From contig CM075998.1 in NCBI GenBank assembly GCA_038087875.1, positions 2,420,001-2,484,000 on the forward strand: a stretch of 64,000 nt of DNA. The letters are read 5' to 3'. The translations under genes and the position numbers were made by a program. Below, piece after piece: positions 52,011 through 63,954 of this stretch. Each line of letters begins with the position of its first letter. Within the stretch, counting starts at the first letter, position 1. Below the pieces are notes generated by a model. The model did no database searches. It had not been told where the DNA came from and was given only the letters and a program-made list of their open reading frames with translations. This DNA comes from Malacoraja senta (taxonomy: Eukaryota).

Positions 52011-52868
52011 AAACATTGGATATTCACAGCATAGACATTGTTCGTAGGCTTTGGTGTCACATGAAGCCAAAGCGAGGAGCCCAGATTCGGATGCGATGCC
52101 TTGTTTAGGCCGACCAGATCTGCTGAGGGGCCAGACTTCCCTGATGCATCTCCCACAGCTGCTTGTCCTCGCTGAATCCTCCGAGTGTTGCCAACCGCGA
52201 GCTTCAGGGTTGCGGAGCTCATCTTCTCCTCCAAAGTCCACTCCTGCTTCTACATAGACTTTTTGCGTCCACCCCCAAGCTTGGTGTCTCTGAAGCACTA
52301 TTTGATTCAACTTTGCCTGGGCCTGAGTCCGGGTTTGCATGGTGAATGTTTGTTCTGGGCCTGGGTTTGTTCGCAGGGCTTGACCTTGCGTCGAACTCTA
52401 GGCCTGGGAATGTGGTCATTGTGCTGCTCAGGTCCATGTCTAGTCCCAAGGCCTTTCACCTCGGCTTCACGGTTTGAAAACTGCACAAAGCTCTGGCTTC
52501 AAAAACTCCCGTTTACAATCGGAGAAGACCGCTGGTGAACAGGGTCTTCACAAGTGGTCAGTGAAAGCAGCACAGAGAATGTGTTGTTGGACAGTCGGTA
52601 TAAATGTGTAGGAAGGAACTGCAGATGCTGGTCTAAACCGAAGATAGACACAAAATGCTGGAGTAACTCAGTGGGGCAGACAGCATCTCTGGAGAGAAGG
52701 AATGGGTGACGTTTCTGAAGAAGGGTCTTGATCATGATTCTGTCCCGCTGAGTTACTCCAGCTTTTTGTGTCCTATCTTCAGTATAAATGTTTGTTGTTC
52801 AGCTGGGGTTCTTATCCGTAATTTGTTTCCAAGTGACCTCAACCATCGATTGTTGTTGTGTTTTGCAG

Positions 52869-52913
52869 GTAATGACCATCTGTGTGCCACCAGCTCCCCG
52901 CAGCCTGGAACTT
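52869..52913 (+). CDS. TNS2: Tensin-2 coding exon VMTICVPPAPRSLEL (last C1 cysteine)
   Basis: ttttgcag|GTA ... CTT|gtaagt; 45 nt, phase 0/0; supplies the final Cys of C1 at x7 spacing. Confidence 0.88.
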
Positions 52914-53170
52914 GTAAGTACCCGCTCACAATGATTCATGTTGGTGCTTCCAGGACATCAGTGTCAATGCCTGTCCCCCAGGAATTGCCATTAGAGAGCC
53001 AGACACATCCCCTGTCCATTCCCTCTGCAGTTGCTGTCTGGCCCACTCAGTTCCTCCAGCACTTTGTGTTTTGCTCAAAGTTCTCGGCACTGCCGTTCCT
53101 TGTGTCAGCCTTAAGTCACTATTGATTTTGATAGTGTGTTTCACTACAATTTTACTGCTGACAACTTAAA

Positions 53171-53456
53171 GGCAGCACGGTGGCGCAGCGCTGGATGTGC
53201 TGCCTCACAGCGCCAGAGACCCTGGATCGATCCTGAGCACAGGTGCTGACTGTGCGGAGTTTGCACGTTCTCCCCGTGACCGCGTGGGTTTTCTCTGGGT
53301 TCTCCGGTTTCCTCCCACACTCCAATGGCGTGCAGGTTTGTAGGTTAATTGGCTTTGGTATAAAGATAAATTGTCCCTAGTGTGTGTTAGTGGGCGGGGA
53401 TCGCTGGTCGGCGTGGGCCGAAGGGCTTGTTTCCGCGCTGAATCTCGAAACTAAAC
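53171..53456 (+). mobile_element. HE1-type V-SINE
   Basis: Near full-length copy. Confidence 0.88.
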
Positions 53457-56054
53457 ATAGCGCCCTGGTCTGTCAGTGACAAGTTCTATCAGCAACGGCT
53501 TGATCACTCAACAGAGGTGAGCATGTCAGGGAACAAACCAGATTGAGCATATACATTTATTTGATCAGGCAAATGCTATTTACATTGTGAACTGAGGGGA
53601 AACATCAACAGTGTTTAACCGTTTATTCATAAAGCAATTAAATGGCAGACGCCTGTATCCTTTTGCGTGTTTACACGAAGCAGCCCATTCTGTGTACATC
53701 ACCATTATCTCTAATCAAAAGCTGCTGGCTTAGAATGCAATAATAATGAAAGGGGGCGCAGCCCGGCTTCTCCATCATAACGCTGTGTGAGTAAACACTG
53801 TAAAATGAGCCCTTCTGTCGCGCCAGCCTCCTGTTGACCAGTTTACACGGGGCTTTCAGCTCAAAAGCCGCGGGGCAGGTTTCAATCCTGACCCAGTTAA
53901 CATTCCCCCCCTCACCTGAACCTGTCGGGTGGAACCTTCACCTGCTCCTTTTGAGTCGGCGATTGCTGGTGGACTGCAGGGCACTTTTGTTCAAAATCAC
54001 AGCATGGCCTGTGGTGGTCCCATTCAGCCCCAACCACAATTTTAACCCAGAGAAGCAACTTTGAGTTCCCAACCTGGTCCCAGAAAGGTAAGCTATTTTC
54101 AATTTGATATTTGTTCCCTTGTGAGGCAGAAGAGAAACTTGCGCCCCCACCCGCACCCTCCACTTCCCTTATAATGTCCTCCTGACATTGTCCCACCCTC
54201 CAACTCCAAACTAACTTTGCTCTCTGTCCAGTATTACCCCTCTGGATGCCCCGAGTTATTTATTCCCCACTGTCAGCCATCAGTTTGTGCTTCTTTTTGG
54301 GCTGGGGTGCTGAGCAGCTGAAAGCCAGGACTTAAAAGCTCTTGGGTTTCAAGTCGTCCTACAATCACATCGATAACCTCCCCTTCTCACTGGGAGTTAA
54401 AGGCAGGATTTGCAGAACTGAAATCGGCACACAATGCAAGCTGGAATACTGGGCTTTCATTCCCTGGAGTTCAGCAGAATGAGAGATAATCCCAGGGATC
54501 TGCAGGCTGGATGCTGGGAGCATGGTTCCCTGGGTGAGGAGTCTAGAACCCGAGGTCAGGATCGATCTGCGGTCTGTGGCGCTGTGAGGCAACGACTCTG
54601 CTGGCTGTGCCATCGTGCTGTCCCTTTTGAAAGCCCCAAATGACTGTGTTTTCAACACCTCTAAAGCAGCCAGTTCCAGATCATTGTTCTCTGCCTAAAA
54701 GAGTCTCCCCTCCTCCCCCATTTTGCCTTGTGTCTATTGGCCAACATTTTGTAACTGTGTCCCCCTTCAGCTCTTTGTCAATGGAAACACCAATCAATCT
54801 TTCTATGGGTGTAAATTACCAAAGGTCTCCATTCTTGTTGGCCTCGTGGCCAGATCTTTATATACGTGATGGTCGTAAGGAAATAAAGAGAGAATCAAAA
54901 AAAGCTATTCAACCCCCTCGAAGCTGCTTTCACTGTTCAGTGTGATTGTGTCCCTCGACTCCACGTCCCCGTCCAGACCCCAGATCTGAAGCCCCTTACT
55001 CTTTCCAGGAAATTTCCAGTTTAAGGGGACTGCAAAACCATACGTGCATTGGCAAGGTTTCTGAATAACCTCCACAATGGACACGTCTGCTGGCTGCACA
55101 GCTCCCCTGACACGTATCCCACATGTGCCATGGAATCGAGCAGTATCCCAACTAATCTTCCTCCCTAAAAAACAACTTGCGACCCTCGATGTGTTCTATC
55201 AATACAGTGTGTGTGCACCAAAGTAAATCTGTGGAATTCATTGCCACAGGCGGTTGTGGAGGCCAAGTCAATGGATATTTTTTAGGCAGAGATAGATAGA
55301 TTCATGATTAGTACAGGCATCAGGGGTTATGGGGCTATGGCTAGAGAACGGGGTTAAGAGGGGAAGATAGATCAGCCATGATCGAATGGCGGAGTAGACT
55401 TGATGGGCCGAATAGCCTAATTCTTCTTCTATCACTTATGAAGCATCTGAAACCTGTTTGCTTCATGAGCAGTTCTATAGTTTACAGTAGCATAGTGGTT
55501 ACACCATTGGACTTGAATTCAGAGTCCTGGACTATTAATGTGAGGACCCGAGGTTCAAATCCCAGCCCTGGAGTTATTTAATTAACTGAACAAATCTCAC
55601 ATTAAACAAATTATTCTTTGCACTGGTAACTGTGGAACTGCTGAATTGTCGTCACATCTGGTTTCCCTTGCAAGCCACTCAGTTCATGGGGTCAATTAGT
55701 GGTGAATGGGCTCTGCCAATGACTCCCGCCTCTTATGAATAAGTAAATGAAATGAAAACAGGATATTTTACGGCAAGATTCTTCAAACCTCAGTTGTTTA
55801 AAACGCATTCAATCATGGACTATTGACGTCACTGACATTTATTATCAATTGCCCTGAACTAAGGAGACGTATGTGCCATGTAACATTTGGTGGGCCTGGA
55901 GACCAGAGCGGATAAGGACAGCAGATGTACTCTACTGTAGTGCATTAGTGAAGCAGGTGGTTCCCAAAACTAGCTATTAATTCCTCTTGTTTTGTTGGTT
56001 TAACTTGAATTTAAGCTCTCCAACTGCTGAGGTGGGATTTGAACCTAGAATCTT

Positions 56055-56500
56055 TCTGTCCTGGGCCTCCTCCATTGTCAGAGTGAGGCCCAGCACGAAT
56101 TGGAGGAACAGCACCTCATATTTCGCTTGGGCAGCTTACACCCCAGCGGTATGAACATTGACTTCTCTAACTTCAAGTAACCCTTGCTTTCCCTCTCTCT
56201 CCATCCCCCCATTCCCAGTTCTCCGACCAGTCTGACTGACCCCCTGATTATATTTTATCTCTGTTTGCTTTGTCACCTTTTCCTAGCTAACTATGTTCTA
56301 TTCTACATCTTCCTTGATCTCCATCCCCTTTGATGTCTCGTTCTCACACCTTACACGTCCTTATCTCTTTATCTCCCCCTGACACAGTCTGAAGAAGGGT
56401 CTCGACCCGAAAAGTCACCCATTCCTTCTCTCCAGAGCTGAGCTACTGCAGCATTGTGTGTCTATCTTTGGCTTAAACCAGCATCTGCAGTTCCTTCCCA
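56055..56500 (+). mobile_element. Penelope-like element 3' fragment
   Basis: LSVLGLLHCQSEAQHELEEQHLIFRLGSLHPSGMNIDFSNFK* plus terminal repeat. Confidence 0.88.
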
Positions 56501-57163
56501 CACTACATCTTTCTATCACTGTTGGTTACTAGTCCACGAACTTAACAACTGTACTACCTGACCCACCAGCGGAGCGGCTTTGCTTCCTGGCTAGAGGCCG
56601 CTTCAGCGATGTCACTGCAACATTTCTGACCCCCTGCGTAGGCACTGAGCTCCCCAGCGGGACCCCCCAGCATCAGCTTCAACTCCAGAGTCTTTCATTG
56701 GAGAACGCTGCAAGTTTGATAAATATTTGGCCTCTTCAAATGTTTACATTTACCACCGGGTCACATTCAGCACTAGAACTTTACAGAATGTGTTGTTTTT
56801 AGATGTAAGCAGTCCAAAAAAAAAAAAAAATCCCTGTGATGCACAATGTAATTCTCCTGGGCAAGAGGATCCTACAGACTTTTTTCCCCTCTCGTTTTCT
56901 GCCTCCCCGAGGTCGTGTCGTTTCTGAAAATGACAGGACATTGCTGACTTCTCTTCCCTTTAAAAAAGGGAGTGGGGTGGTGGAGTTGCTGGGGGTCGCG
57001 CGGGTTGGTGCGCTGTGGGTCAGGGAAAGAAACGGACAACATTACTGTCATGTTATCGGGCCTGGATGGATGCCCAGAATCGTCTCAGTCTGGATTCCTG
57101 TAGGATAAGGGCTAGTTTTGTTGATGCGTCAGTTAATAGGTTTCCTGTTTCCGATCTCCATAG

Positions 57164-57205
57164 CCAAGAAAGGGTACAGGAACAGTGAAGAATATAGAGC
57201 ATTTG
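57164..57205 (+). CDS. TNS2: Tensin-2 coding exon PRKGTGTVKNIEHL (linker)
   Basis: ctccatag|CCA ... TTG|gtaagt; 42 nt, phase 0/0; ends in IEHL as in TNS2. Confidence 0.85.
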
Positions 57206-58014
57206 GTAAGTAAAATAATGTGAGCGTGGGAGTGTGACTGTCTGCCTGTTTGTCAGCCTCTGTGTTTGTGTCTGTGTTAAACGCTGTGGCAATGACATGT
57301 GCCCACATGCTTGGTGAAGTATCAAGTGCTGGAGGCTATTATCTTTACAAGTAAATAAGATTCCTTCACAGAGTAAGTGCCCAAGTTTTCCCTCACATTC
57401 TGTATTAATATGTTTTTAACTGTATGTAACAGGGATGGTGAAGCAAGAAACTGTAGGCAGACTTCAAAGCACTTTAGTTATTCTCCGAATTGTACATTCT
57501 CTTTATTTTTAATCCATTTTCCTCCTTTCGGTTAATGTTTTGCTTCGATGTTCCATGCTTTCCGTCTTCCCCCGTAGCGTGATGCTTATTCTTTCCCTGT
57601 GTTTTCGCCCCTTCTATTCCCTGACGGTGAGCGGAGTCTCTACTGAGCAGTGACAGGTGTCCATTTTATAAGCTGTGCTTTGGCAAGGACCATCCTCGCT
57701 GCGCGTGGCACTTATGACCCCGCTGACCCCGTGTAAATCCCAGAGCTGCGCGGAAGGGCCTTCCGTCCTTCCGAAAGTCTCTGGCATGTACAAGCCCATA
57801 CAAGTGTCTTTTTACAAAAAATTAATCAAAATCAACTTTATGCAGAGTAAAAAATATATACAAAATGGGTACCGTGCAAAACCTCTTCTGACATCTTCGG
57901 CCGCTATCCGTACATTCAATACCTCGTAACGTAGTGTTTACAACATTTTACCCGTCACCCTTGCCACTCATGTGGCCCCCTGGGGTGAAATCCACTTCAC
58001 TTATTTGAGAAAAT

Positions 58015-58570
58015 ATGTGCAGGTGTAGGCCATTCGGCCCTCCGAGCCAGCCCCGCCATTCAATATGGCTGATCATCCACAATCAGTACCCCGTTCCTGC
58101 TTTCTCCCCATATCCCTTGATTCCTTTAGCCCCAAGACCTATATCTAACTCTCTCTTGAAAACATCCAGTGAATTGGCCTCCACTGCCTTCTGTGGCAGA
58201 GAATTCCACAGATTCACAAGGTGAAAAAGTTTTTCCTCATCTCAGTCCTAAATGGCCTACCCCTTATTCTTAAACTCTGACCCCTGGTTCTGGACTCCCC
58301 CAACATGGGGAACATTTTTCCTTCATCTAGCCCGTCCAATCCGTTAAGAATGTTATATGTTTCTATAAGAAACCCTCTCATCCTTCTAAATTCCAGTGAA
58401 TACAAGCCCAGTCGACCCATTCTTTCATCCTATGACAGTCCCGCCATCCCGGGAATTAACCTGGTGAACCTACGCTGCACTCCCTCAATAGCAAGAATGT
58501 CCTTCCTCAAATTAGGAGACCAAACTTGCACACAATACTCCAGCTGCGGTCTCACCAGGGCCCTGTACAA
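58015..58570 (-). mobile_element. CR1/HER1 LINE 3' end
   Basis: GRLGLYSLEFRRMRGFLIETYNIL...ESRTRGQSLRIRG on - strand. Confidence 0.88.
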
Positions 58571-59002
58571 TCTGGGAGAGTAAAACTGAGATTAATATAG
58601 GGCCTGTTACTGCGTTGCATCTCCCTGTGATTCAATGAAAGCTGTTGCTATATATTCTCGGAGGGAGGGCCATTGGTTTTTACACTGGTGGCCCCTCAGC
58701 CTTCTTAGATCTCCCTGTCCAAACCTCTATCCATCAACATCGCTTTCTTCTGGTGAACTCATGTACTGTAACTAGTATTTGATTTGTTATGAGTGTTCCT
58801 GGGTTTAGCTGGCGACATGCCCAAATCTGAAATACGATACTCCCTTCACAAGAATGACTTTGCCAGTTCCCAGCCCACACAGTTGTGATAAACAGTATTA
58901 AACATGAAGAGATAAAACAAAAAGCGAGATGCCTTCATACCGTAGGAGATGTTTTTTTTTTCCACGTTCACTGGTTGAAATAAAGTTCTTTTCTTTGTGT
59001 AG

Positions 59003-59052
59003 GGGTCAACAAAATCATTGAAAAGTGCCAGTCAGAGGAGTACTCTGCCAAG
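59003..59052 (+). CDS. TNS2: Tensin-2 coding exon GSTKSLKSASQRSTLP(R)
   Basis: ttctttgtgtag|GGG ... CCAAG|gtaatt; 50 nt, phase 0 to 2; GSTKSL..QRSTLPR typical of TNS2. Confidence 0.9.
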
Positions 59053-59419
59053 GTAATTCAGTCAATTTGTTCAGGCGATCATTTGAAAAATAGATAATTG
59101 AAAGAATGAAGGAACTTGTGAAGTGTCAAGGAAGCCTTGGGTGGTGCGTGATCTGGAACACAGCTCACTCCCTCTTCAGGGATGCCAAGAACGCAAGGCC
59201 TCAGGGTTACAAGGAGAATTAATACTCATCCACAGGAGCCAACACTGAAAGGCCCTTTATGAAAGCCAGACTGATATAATAGACATTGCCATCATGTTCT
59301 TCTATGCCTGGGAGGTTTGTGGTGCATGCTTAATTGAATTATAAATCTCCAGTTCTGAAGTCTTTGGAATGCTCAAAATTCAAACGGTAAATGATTGGAT
59401 TTGCTTTAAGTTGTGGCCG

Positions 59420-60200
59420 GTATCAGCTGTGGCTCATTGCTTGTGCTCTTGCCTCTTGCAAGCCCCAGTGTTGTGGGTCCAAGTCCCAATCTGCAGACTT
59501 GAGCAAAGATCCTATAGCGGAGCAAGATAGACCACTCCTGCTAAATGCAATGGGCTGACGTGTAGTACGCAACGGAGCGGAACGTGGGCCTTTTTGTCAT
59601 CCATTTCAGTAACCCGACCCGACCCGCAGTGTAATCAACGTTGCGGGGGTACAGTTTGTGTTAATAAATTATAATTCTGAAAATGAGGAGAAGATTTTTA
59701 CCAAAGAACTTTTATTTTTACGAGGATGTTTCCGTAACCGGCTTCCGTCTCCGCACTAGTATCTTTGCTCTGCTATGGGATCTTTGATGCGGAGACGGAA
59801 GCCGGTTACGGAAATGGGGCCGAAAATTACCCATGAATCTGCTCATGACCGTACTACGTCTTTTTCGTTGAGTGATCTATTTTGCTTGCTATAGGATCTT
59901 TGGACTTGAGTATTAAATCTTAAGACGACGGCACTGAGGGAGTGCCGTCTTTTGGACGACACGTAAAACTCAGGTCTGCCTTCTCAGGTGGATGCGAAAG
60001 ACTCCACGGTTTTGCAGACGAGCACGTGGAGACTCCTCCGCCAAAATTCATCGCTCAGTCAACACTGAACGTTTTCATAATCTGCTCAAGATCACATTTG
60101 TTGCTTGTGGGATCGTGGATGCCACTTTACAATGGTTCTCCTCTTCAGTGGTGCTTCCTTTGGAGTGAGGTGTTGAGATAGATTCTGAAAGGGATGTGAA
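59420..60200 (+). mobile_element. Old Deu-domain SINE split by a MITE
   Basis: SINE head up to gacttgag, resumes after 59910 with ggcactgagggagtgccgtcttt...tctgccttctcaggtggatg. Confidence 0.6.
59504..59902. mobile_element. Non-autonomous DNA transposon (MITE), ~34-bp TIRs starting CAAAG, 8-bp TSD (P-element- or hAT-like)
   Basis: caaagatcctatagcggagcaagatagaccactc ... gagtgatctattttgcttgctataggatctttg; GACTTGAG on both sides (59496-59503, 59903-59910). Confidence 0.9.
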
Positions 60201-60575
60201 TTGTGCTATTGAAACGCAGCCATCTTTGCGATGGTTTGGGGGGGGGGGAGAGTGATGGGAGTGGGGTGGAGGTCTGCAGGGAAGAGCTGCTTTGTGAGCG
60301 GTTGCCCATGTCCGAGTCCAATGTGTATGCAACGAGTCATGTGCAGCCAAACCAAACAGGTTGCCTTCCTAGAACAACGTCAACGAACCTCTGGGGTTTT
60401 CATGGTGTCGTAGATTGGTGGAGGTGGGGATTTGATAGCACGACCCCTCGGTTCCTGATCCGGTGGCAAAGTTACAATGATTACGTTACAGTGTGTCCCT
60501 TGCCCATTGTCAGCGTAGCGCCTGCTGCTGCCGCTGAGCTCTTCACCATGGTTTGCTCTCCTGCCCTTTGACCAG

Positions 60576-60747
60576 GAGTTTCAGTGTGGACCACGTCATG
60601 GAGAGGAACTACGACTTTGACCTGACCTACATCACGGAGCGGATTATTTCAGTCTTCTTCCCGCTGGTGCTCGAGGAACAGCGATACCGCAGCAATCTGA
60701 AGGAGGTGGCCCAGATGCTGAAGTCCAAGCATGGGGACAATTATCTG
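60576..60747 (+). CDS. TNS2: Tensin-2 coding exon, start of PTEN-like phosphatase domain ([24 protein letters not shown]...KSKHGDNYL)
   Basis: ccctttgaccag|G ... CTG|gtaggt; 172 nt, phase 2 to 0; [14 protein letters not shown]/tensin signature. Confidence 0.96.
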
Positions 60748-62291
60748 GTAGGTGGACCTCCAGACACTTGGGGTCTGCTCAACACACTTAATGATGTTGA
60801 GTGGAATTGAAAGAAAATCCAAAGGTGACGTTTCCAGTTGGGTCCCTTCAGCAGATTTGCAGCGTGCCAGGGGTTATGGGGAGAAGGCCCTGCTGTTCTT
60901 CCCACGGCCTTTTGTTCCAACGCATACCTTCACCTTGGCTCTTGCTGCAAACAGTCGATTTGCCCCACAGGAGCAAAGCATTTCGGCCCAGAGCTGCCTT
61001 CCAACTTGACTTCAGTAGCCGTGAGAGAGAAGATCCTGGCTAATTCCAGCCATTAATCTTTACACATTTATTGAAAATTATGGGGCGAAGGCAGGGGAAT
61101 GGGGTCGAGAGAGAAAGATAGATCAGCCATGTTCAAGAAGGAACTGCAGATGCTGGAAAATCGAAGGTAGACAAAAATGCTGGAGAAACTCAGTGGGTGC
61201 GGCAGCATCTATGGAGCAAAGGAAATAGGCAACTTTTCGGCCCGAAACGTTGCCTATTTCCATCGCTCCATAGATGCTGCCGCACCCGCTGAGATAGATC
61301 AGCCATGATTGAATGGCGGAGTAGATTTGATGGGCCGAATGGCCCAATCTTGCTCCTAACACCGATGAACATGAGATTGAAGAAGGGTCCCGACTTGAAG
61401 CGTCATCTGCCCATTTTCTTCCCAGATGTTGCCTGACCCGCTGATTTCCTATAGCACACTGCGTTTTAATCAAGATTTCGGCATCTGCCGTTTCTTGACT
61501 CCACCGTTTTCCATTTGTGGTCTGGCCTATATGCCAGACACACAGAGATATAACTTATTCTCATATGCCCTCAGATATCGACCCACAAGCCACTCACTTC
61601 AGGTGGCAATTTCAGACGGGTTATAAATGCCACCCTTGCCAGCCATTCTGAAGTTCAAAAGAACAGGCAGCTTTATTTGGGATTATGTTGCAGTCAGGTT
61701 TATCATAGCACCGTGTCTGAATCGTAATTTGTATCTGTCACTGTGTAAAGCTTCTAAATATCACCCAGACATTGTTCGGCCAAGCTGTGAGTTGGCAGTC
61801 AGACACTTCTTGTAAATGGATCGGTTTGTCTGCAACTCCTCTTAAAAGATGGAGACCTATTTAAAATAAACAGAGAGCTCCTTTGTGTCAATATTAGGTG
61901 AGGAATGCTATTCAAACACACTGAAATAATGTCCACACTGCCCTGTCTGCAGCTATAAAAGCACGTGCCATGAATTCATTCAGAGAGTTGTGGTCATTTT
62001 TGTTTCCCCAATCATTGCTAAGCAATCCATAGACACATAATTACTGAGTGGAAGCAAGAATGGGAGGAAATATAATGGGTGGAGGAGTTTGGGGACCAGA
62101 TGTAAAGGGCTGTGGCTCGCAAGGCGTTTAACAAGGAGTTCCACACTCACGAGCCTGTGATTTTCTTTCTGTTTAGAAGAATGGAAAGAAATTCTTGGTT
62201 CGGGAGCACGGGGAGAAGCTCCTGTTTGAAAAATCCCCCAGCAGTCTTTGGATGCGCAGTTGTGGTTTAAGGTTGCCTCACAAACCCCAGA

Positions 62292-62672
62292 TGGACACAA
62301 AATGGTGGAGTAACTCAGCGGGTCAGACAGCATCTCTGGAGAGAAGGAATAGTTGACGTTTCGAGTCGAGGCCCTTCTTCAGACTGAGAGTCGGGGGGAA
62401 AAGGGAAACGAGAGATATAGACGGTGATGTAGAGAGATATAGAACAAATAAATGAAAGATATGCAAAAAAGTAACGATGATAAAGGAAACAGGCCATTGT
62501 TAGCTGTGGCCTAGGTGAAAACCAGTTGCAGACAATGAAACTCAACAAGACGACTTTGAAGCTCGTACGACTTGGGAGGGGGAGGAATGGAGAGAGAGGG
62601 AATTCAAGGGTTTCTTTAAGTTAGAGAAATCAACATTCATACCACTATGTTGTAAGCTGCCCAAGTGAAATA
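62292..62672 (-). mobile_element. Penelope-like element 3' fragment
   Basis: FHLGSLQHSGMNVDFSNLK on - strand; 3' UTR similar to 33860-34190. Confidence 0.85.
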
Positions 62673-62876
62673 AACCCCACACGTCTTTGTTCAAGGCTAC
62701 ACAAGAGAATGCCCTCGTATCCAGCAATGGCAGCTGGTACAAGAGTATGCTTGATTCTTGGGAGGCCTTAAACAGTCACTGTCAGGGGCTCCTGATCTAA
62801 CCGCTCCAGCAGCTGGGTGTCAGCATACAAATCCACCATGTTTCACCTGTTTAAAATAACTATATTTCTTTTACAG

Positions 62877-62927
62877 CTTTTCAATCTGTCTGAAAGAAGG
62901 CAAGATATCAGCAGACTCAACCCCAAG
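62877..62927 (+). CDS. TNS2: Tensin-2 coding exon LFNLSERRQDISRLNPK
   Basis: tttcttttacag|CTT ... AAG|gtatgt; 51 nt, phase 0/0. Confidence 0.95.
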
Positions 62928-63029
62928 GTATGTTGGACTGAAGTTCTCTTCAAACCATTTCAGCTATTTTAGAACAGATTCAGCATTGAAGGAGGCCATT
63001 CAGCCCAATGTTCACGTTCACATTCACAA

Positions 63030-63455
63030 ATTGTAGGAGTACAATTAGTCCATTCGGCCCATCGAGTCTACTCCGCCATTCAATCATGGCTGATCTCTGC
63101 CTCCTAATCCCATTTTCCTGCCTTCTCCCCATAGCCCTTGGCACCCGTTCTAATCAAGAACTTGTCTATCTCTGCCTTAAAAATATCCACTGACTTGGCA
63201 CCACAGCCCTCTGTGGCAATGAGTTCCACAGATTAACTACCCTCTGACTAAAGAAGTTCCTCCTCACCTCCTTTTTAAAAGAGCGCCCTTTAATTCTGAG
63301 GCTATGACCTCTGGCCCTAGACTCTCCCACCAGTGGAAACATCCTTTCCACATCCACTCTATCTATGCCTTTCACTATTCTGTAAGTTTCAATGAGGTCC
63401 CCCCTCAAACTTCTAAACTCCAGCGAGTAGAGGCTCAGTGCCGACAAGCGCTCAT
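63030..63455 (-). mobile_element. CR1 LINE 3' end
   Basis: LYSLEFRSLRGDLIETYRIVKG...VVNLWNSLPQRAV on - strand. Confidence 0.88.
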
Positions 63456-63831
63456 CGTATGCAATGAATCTGTGCTGGCTTTGTGAAACTCAGCTCATTC
63501 TGCTCTCTGCACTCCTGCAAGTTCTGTTCTTTCAGATTCGTTTTAGCTTTAAAATATCTGCGACATGGTTTACGAAGGGTTAATCTGTGGCTCCGTGTTC
63601 CAGCAGGTAAGACAGCATCTCTGGAGCAAAGGAATGGGTGACGTTTTGGGTCGAGACCCTTCTTGCTCTCGACCCGAAACCTCACCCATTCCTTTTCTCC
63701 AGAGATGCTATCTGACCCACTGGGTTACTCATGTGTCTATCTCCAGCACTGTGTGTGTGTTTATTTAGTAAACCAGCATCTGCAGCCCCTTGTTTCTACA
63801 ATAATAACCCTGATCTGCTTTGGATTATCAG

Positions 63832-63954
63832 GTTCAGGACTTTGGCTGGCCTGACCTTCATGCCCCTCCGCTGGACAAGATCTGCGCTATCTGCAAAGCC
63901 ATGGAGATGTGGCTGAACTCTGACCCACACCACGTTGTCGTCCTGCACTGCAAG
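63832..63954 (+). CDS. TNS2: Tensin-2 coding exon with WPD loop and catalytic Cys ([41 protein letters not shown])
   Basis: attatcag|GTT ... AAG|gtgagg; 123 nt, phase 0/0; PTEN-like PTP motifs. Confidence 0.96.

Larger units (their letters stand above)
32170..63954 (+). other. TNS2: Tensin-2 gene, 5' partial (span of the 8 confidently identified coding exons; continues beyond window)
   Basis: Spliced translation [126 protein letters not shown]...[67 protein letters not shown]. All junctions are GT-AG with matching phases. The linker IEHLGSTKSL...QRSTLPRSFS and RLNPKVQDFGWP match TNS2 as recalled, rather than TNS1/TNS3. Confidence 0.93.

Noticed and set aside
60576..63954. Assignment to PTEN, TPTE, TNS1 or TNS3
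   Set aside because: The upstream C1 domain excludes PTEN/TPTE; HCK and the GSTKSL/RSTLPRSFS linker fit TNS2 rather than TNS1 (HNK) or TNS3 (HCR)
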